A DNA stretch of 64,000 nucleotides from an uncultured Gemmatimonadaceae bacterium (GTDB taxonomy: Bacteria; Gemmatimonadota; Gemmatimonadetes; Gemmatimonadales; Gemmatimonadaceae). The translations under genes were made by a program, and so were the position numbers. Positions 60,349 through 64,000 of the stretch are shown in pieces; within the stretch, counting starts at the first letter, position 1; every line of letters begins with the position of its first letter. The notes under the pieces were generated by a model. That model did not search any database. It saw only the letters and a list, made by a program, of their open reading frames with translations, and was not told the origin of the DNA. The stretch spans positions 196,959-260,958 of the forward strand of contig CAWHHI010000017.1 in the NCBI GenBank assembly GCA_963829055.1. The letters run 5' to 3'.

Positions 60349-61986
60349 GTGTCGACGATGATAGCAGCAGAAAAGCGATCGAACGACCAGGCGTTTCAGG
60401 AACGCGTCACACGCCTCGAGGAGCGCATCGCCGATGCGCGGTCACATCCGGACGCGCACTCGGCCGCGATGTACGCCGGCATCCGGACGCTCGTCGCGGA
60501 GCTGATCAGACGTCGTCGCCAAGTCGAGCAGACGTGCGAAACGCTCACCCGAGTGCTCGAGGCGACGAGCGATGGCTTCGTCGCCCTCGACGCCGAATGG
60601 CGGTGCACCTACGTGAACGCGCACGCCGGCCGGATGTTGGGCCGCGAGCCGTCATCGCTGATCGGAAAGAACATCTGGGCCGAGTTCCCCGAGAGCGTCG
60701 GCCAACCTTTCCGGCTCGAGTATGAGCGCGCCTTCGCCGAAGGGAAACCGCGTCAGATCGAGGCGTACTCTCCGAACTTCGATCGCTGGTTCGAGAATCG
60801 GATTTTCCCGTACGCGGGCGGGCTCGCGATCTTCATGCAGGACGTCACCGAGCGGCGCACCGCCGAAGATCGGCTGCGCGAGAGCGAACAGCGCTATCGG
60901 TCACTGTTCGATCGCCACCCCGACGCGGTCTATTCGTTCGATGCCGATGGTCGCTTCGTGAGCGCGAATCCGGCGTGCGAGAGGCTGTCCGGCTACACGC
61001 CTGATGAGCTCATCGGAACGTCGTTCCTCCCGTTGATCGTTCCTGAACACCGCACGCGTGCGCTCGAGCAATTCCGTTCAGCGCTCGCCGGACATGCCAC
61101 GAGCTACGACGAGGCGATCCTCCACAAGAGTGGCCACCGCGTAGAGATCTCCATCACGAAGCTTCCTATCGTCGTGGACGGCGCCGTCGTCGGCGTCTTC
61201 GGCATTGCGAAGGATCTGACGGAGCGGCGGGAGCTCGAGGCGCGATTGCATCAGGCCGAAAAGATGGAGGCGGTTGGACGCGTCGCCGCAGGTGTCGCGC
61301 ACGACTTCAACAACCTGCTCACGATCATCCAGAGCTGCGCGGCGTTTCTCGCGCGCGATCTTCCGGCGTCCAACCCGCTGCACGCGGATGTGGAGTCGAT
61401 TCAGAGCGCGTCGCGTCGCGCCGCCGAGCTGACCCAGCAGCTGCTCGCGTTCGGCCGCAAGCAAGTGATGATGCCCCAGCGGATGGACGTCAACGAGTAC
61501 GTGCTCAGCTTCGTAGCGACGTTCCGGCGTCTGGTCGGCGAGACCGTCGCGGTAGAAACGGCGCTCGCGCCAAACTCCTGGTCCGTTTTCGCCGACCCCG
61601 GCCAGATCGAGCGCGTGCTCATGAACCTCGGCCTCAATGCGCGTGATGCCATGCCCAATGGTGGCACGCTGCGGATCCGCACCGAGAACGTCGTGCTGGA
61701 TCAGGAAACGGCGCACGGACTCGTGCCCAGGGCGTACGTCGAGCTCACGATCGAGGACACCGGGACGGGCATCGACCCTCACGTCCTGTCGCGTATCTTC
61801 GAGCCGTTCGTCACGACCAAGCCCGCGGGCGTCGGCACCGGGCTCGGCCTCGCAACGGTGCATGGCATCATCGAGCAGACTGGCGGCGTCATTCGCGTGA
61901 GCACCGCGCCCGGAAAGGGCAGCCGTTTCTCGGTGTTCCTGCCGCGGGCGGATGGCGATGATCTGACGGAGGCCGCGGTCGCCTAA
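60349..61986 (+). CDS. Cytoplasmic PAS-PAS histidine kinase
   Basis: Two PAS domains (YVN..A..MLG; ANPACERLSGY), AHDFNNLL, NARDAM, GTGLGL; no REC domain. Confidence 0.9.
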   Translation: MSTMIAAEKRSNDQAFQERVTRLEERIADARSHPDAHSAAMYAGIRTLVAELIRRRRQVEQTCETLTRVLEATSDGFVALDAEWRCTYVNAHAGRMLGREPSSLIGKNIWAEFPESVGQPFRLEYERAFAEGKPRQIEAYSPNFDRWFENRIFPYAGGLAIFMQDVTERRTAEDRLRESEQRYRSLFDRHPDAVYSFDADGRFVSANPACERLSGYTPDELIGTSFLPLIVPEHRTRALEQFRSALAGHATSYDEAILHKSGHRVEISITKLPIVVDGAVVGVFGIAKDLTERRELEARLHQAEKMEAVGRVAAGVAHDFNNLLTIIQSCAAFLARDLPASNPLHADVESIQSASRRAAELTQQLLAFGRKQVMMPQRMDVNEYVLSFVATFRRLVGETVAVETALAPNSWSVFADPGQIERVLMNLGLNARDAMPNGGTLRIRTENVVLDQETAHGLVPRAYVELTIEDTGTGIDPHVLSRIFEPFVTTKPAGVGTGLGLATVHGIIEQTGGVIRVSTAPGKGSRFSVFLPRADGDDLTEAAVA

Positions 61987-62009
61987 CGCTGCAACCGATG
62001 AACGCGCCG

Positions 62010-62972
62010 TCAGCGCTTCGCGACGGCGCTATCCCGCGGGACCGCGGATCGCAGGAATCCGATGAGTAGCGGGTTCACGACGTCGGTCCGTTCCATGTGT
62101 GGCAGATGCGCCGCCCGGTCAATGGGATGGTACTGCGCCTGCGGGATCGCCTTCCTGACGCCACTCGCGTGGTCGATCGTCACCGTGCTGTCCTGCATGC
62201 CCCACACGAGCAGCGTCGGCGTGCCTAACGCCCCGACACGTGCGTAGACCGAATCCAGGCTCCGGCCATTGTTCTCGCGGAGCGTGGACAGGAGCGCGCG
62301 GCCGAACCCTCGATACTGCATCTGCACGCGGTAGCGCGCTGGCCAGTCCGGCCACTTCGCCGGCTCCACGAAGTCCGACAGCTGACCGTCGGCCATCCCG
62401 GGGACGGCAAATGCCTGCCAGAGCACGGGCCCGAGGAGCGGGACGCGGAACATGGCAGGCGGAACGCTCGCGGTTCCGGCCGCCGGATCCACGAGCGTGA
62501 GCGAGCGCACGCGATCGGGATGCTGTGCGACGAACGTTGCGGACACCGGCCCACCCATCGACAGCCCGACGATGTCCACCCGGTCACGCCAGCCGAGCGA
62601 ATCGAGCAATTGCAGCAGTTGGCGGTCATACACGTCGGACGTGTACGCGATGTCGGGCCGGTCCGAGTAGCCGCGGCCGTACTCGTCGTATCGAGCGACG
62701 CGGAACCCGGCGCCGGCGAGCGCCGTGACGGTCGAGTCCCAAATGTACGACGGTACGGAGAAGCCGTGGACGAGCATCACTCGCTGCCCGCTGTCCGGCC
62801 CCGCGACATCGTAGTGCGTGATACCGTCGCCTAACGTGATGAACCTCCCCGGAACGCCCTGGCGAGCGGCGGCGCCGAGGTCGGCACGCTCGGGGTTGCG
62901 GACGGCGTAGGTTGCCGCGATCGCGGCGGCCGCGAGGGCGATCGGAAGGACGATGAGCTTGCGGAGTCGCAT
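62010..62972 (-). CDS. Alpha/beta fold hydrolase with N-terminal anchor
   Basis: LVHGFS, YGRGYS, GLSMGG, WG..D, AHLPH. Confidence 0.9.
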   Translation of the reverse strand: MRLRKLIVLPIALAAAAIAATYAVRNPERADLGAAARQGVPGRFITLGDGITHYDVAGPDSGQRVMLVHGFSVPSYIWDSTVTALAGAGFRVARYDEYGRGYSDRPDIAYTSDVYDRQLLQLLDSLGWRDRVDIVGLSMGGPVSATFVAQHPDRVRSLTLVDPAAGTASVPPAMFRVPLLGPVLWQAFAVPGMADGQLSDFVEPAKWPDWPARYRVQMQYRGFGRALLSTLRENNGRSLDSVYARVGALGTPTLLVWGMQDSTVTIDHASGVRKAIPQAQYHPIDRAAHLPHMERTDVVNPLLIGFLRSAVPRDSAVAKR

Positions 62973-63092
62973 GCGCTGGAGAGAGAAGATTTTCGGCCGG
63001 GGTTGCTGATGAACTTGCAGTCAGTAGCGGTCCAGCCACCAGCATCCGTTCCCCAGTCCCCGTCCCCAGTCCCGTCCCCGTACTTTGTTCGC

Positions 63093-64000
63093 GTGACTCC
63101 ACTGAACGCTCTCTGGGGCCTCGATCTCGGCGGCACGAAGATCGAAGGCGCCATCGTCGACGCCAGTCAGCCCGACCGGTCAGCGTGGCGTACGCGCTTG
63201 CCGACCGAGAGCGACCGGGGCTACGAGCACATCGTAGCGACGGTCCGCGCTGTCGTCGAGCGGCTCGAGGCGGCATCGGGCCTCGGACGCCCGCCGGTGA
63301 TTGGCGTTGGAACTCCCGGTGCGATCGAGCCGGACACGGGCACGCTCAAGAACTCGAACACGGTCTGCCTCAACGGGAAGTCGCTCGCCGCGGACCTGTC
63401 GCGGGCGTTAGGCGTGGAGGCCCGCCTCGCGAACGACGCCAATTGCTTCGCGCTCGCCGAAGCGACGCTCGGCGCCGCCCGCGGACGGGCGGTTGTGCTC
63501 GGACTGATCATCGGCACGGGCGTCGGCAGCGGCATCGTCGTGGACGGCCGGGTGCTTCACGGCCGCCACGGAATCGCCGGTGAGTGGGGCCACAATCCGA
63601 TCCGCGGCGAGACGGTACCGTGCTACTGCGGACGTCTGGGCTGCGTCGAGACGGTGATCTCGGGCCCGGCACTCGAGCGATTCTACGAGGCGCGGACTGA
63701 CCAGCGCGTGGCGCTGCCGGACATCGTGCACCGCGCTGGCACTGGCGATGGGGACGCAGCTGCCACGTTAGGCCGCCTGCGCGCAAAATTCGGCGAGGCG
63801 ATCGCCGCGGTGATCAACATCCTCGACCCGGACGCGATCGTGATCGGTGGCGGTGTCGGCAACATCACGGACCTGTACGACGACCGCACGCGCGAGGAAA
63901 TCCGCCGCCACCTGTTCAACCCGACGCTGCGCACCGAGCTTCTGCGCCCGACGCTCGGCGACAGCGCGGGCGTGTTCGGTGCAGCGCTGCTCGCTCGCTG
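63093..64000 (+). CDS. ROK-family sugar kinase (stop codon cut by the window edge; absent from the ORF track)
   Basis: Translated by hand from GTG 63093: GLDLGGTK, ANDANCFALAE, GTGVGSG, GEWGH, CYCG..GCVE, GDSAGVFGAA. Confidence 0.9.
   Translation, partial: MTPLNALWGLDLGGTKIEGAIVDASQPDRSAWRTRLPTESDRGYEHIVATVRAVVERLEAASGLGRPPVIGVGTPGAIEPDTGTLKNSNTVCLNGKSLAADLSRALGVEARLANDANCFALAEATLGAARGRAVVLGLIIGTGVGSGIVVDGRVLHGRHGIAGEWGHNPIRGETVPCYCGRLGCVETVISGPALERFYEARTDQRVALPDIVHRAGTGDGDAAATLGRLRAKFGEAIAAVINILDPDAIVIGGGVGNITDLYDDRTREEIRRHLFNPTLRTELLRPTLGDSAGVFGAALLAR

Noticed and set aside
1..64000. CRISPR array or cas genes (considered because CHAT proteases occur in type III-E systems)
   Set aside because: No run of equal repeats with unique spacers of similar length and no Cas-like ORF. 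The 40495-40590 repeat has only two units.
1..64000. rRNA, tRNA, transposase, integron integrase or phage genes
   Set aside because: No recognisable motifs were seen. A tRNAscan/Infernal run would be needed to exclude small RNAs fully.

Overview
GC-rich bacterial DNA (about 68-70% GC by eye), probably Gemmatimonadota. That assignment is inferred from ADOP permeases with PadR, a BTAD-TPR regulator, RCC1 and Big_1 lipoproteins, and the repeat families. The window holds about 50 genes, mostly accessory (hydrolases, GNATs, transporters, sensor kinases, three ADOP permeases, a tandem RlaP-type nucleotidyltransferase pair). I found no rRNA, tRNA, CRISPR array, transposase or integrase. Main points: (1) An 11.8-kb four-gene minus-strand cluster (21108-32859) encodes an active CHAT (caspase-like) protease, a lipase-type alpha/beta hydrolase, a CHAT-NTPase, and a 1870-aa STAND-NTPase/TPR protein ending in a degenerate CHAT domain with an inserted peptidoglycan-binding module. 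It is a candidate proteolytic immune or conflict system. (2) The octamer CGTTAGGC/GCCTAACG occurs about 50 times (manual count), mostly inside genes, and contains the integron attC core. (3) Three attC-like hairpins are present, one in cassette-like position. (4) Several nested REP-like palindrome families occur; one supplies identical C-termini and stop codons to two convergent genes. About nine genes carry indels and three are truncated, so the sequence probably contains long-read or assembly errors. Starts were adjusted by eye and domain calls rest on motif recognition, not database searches.
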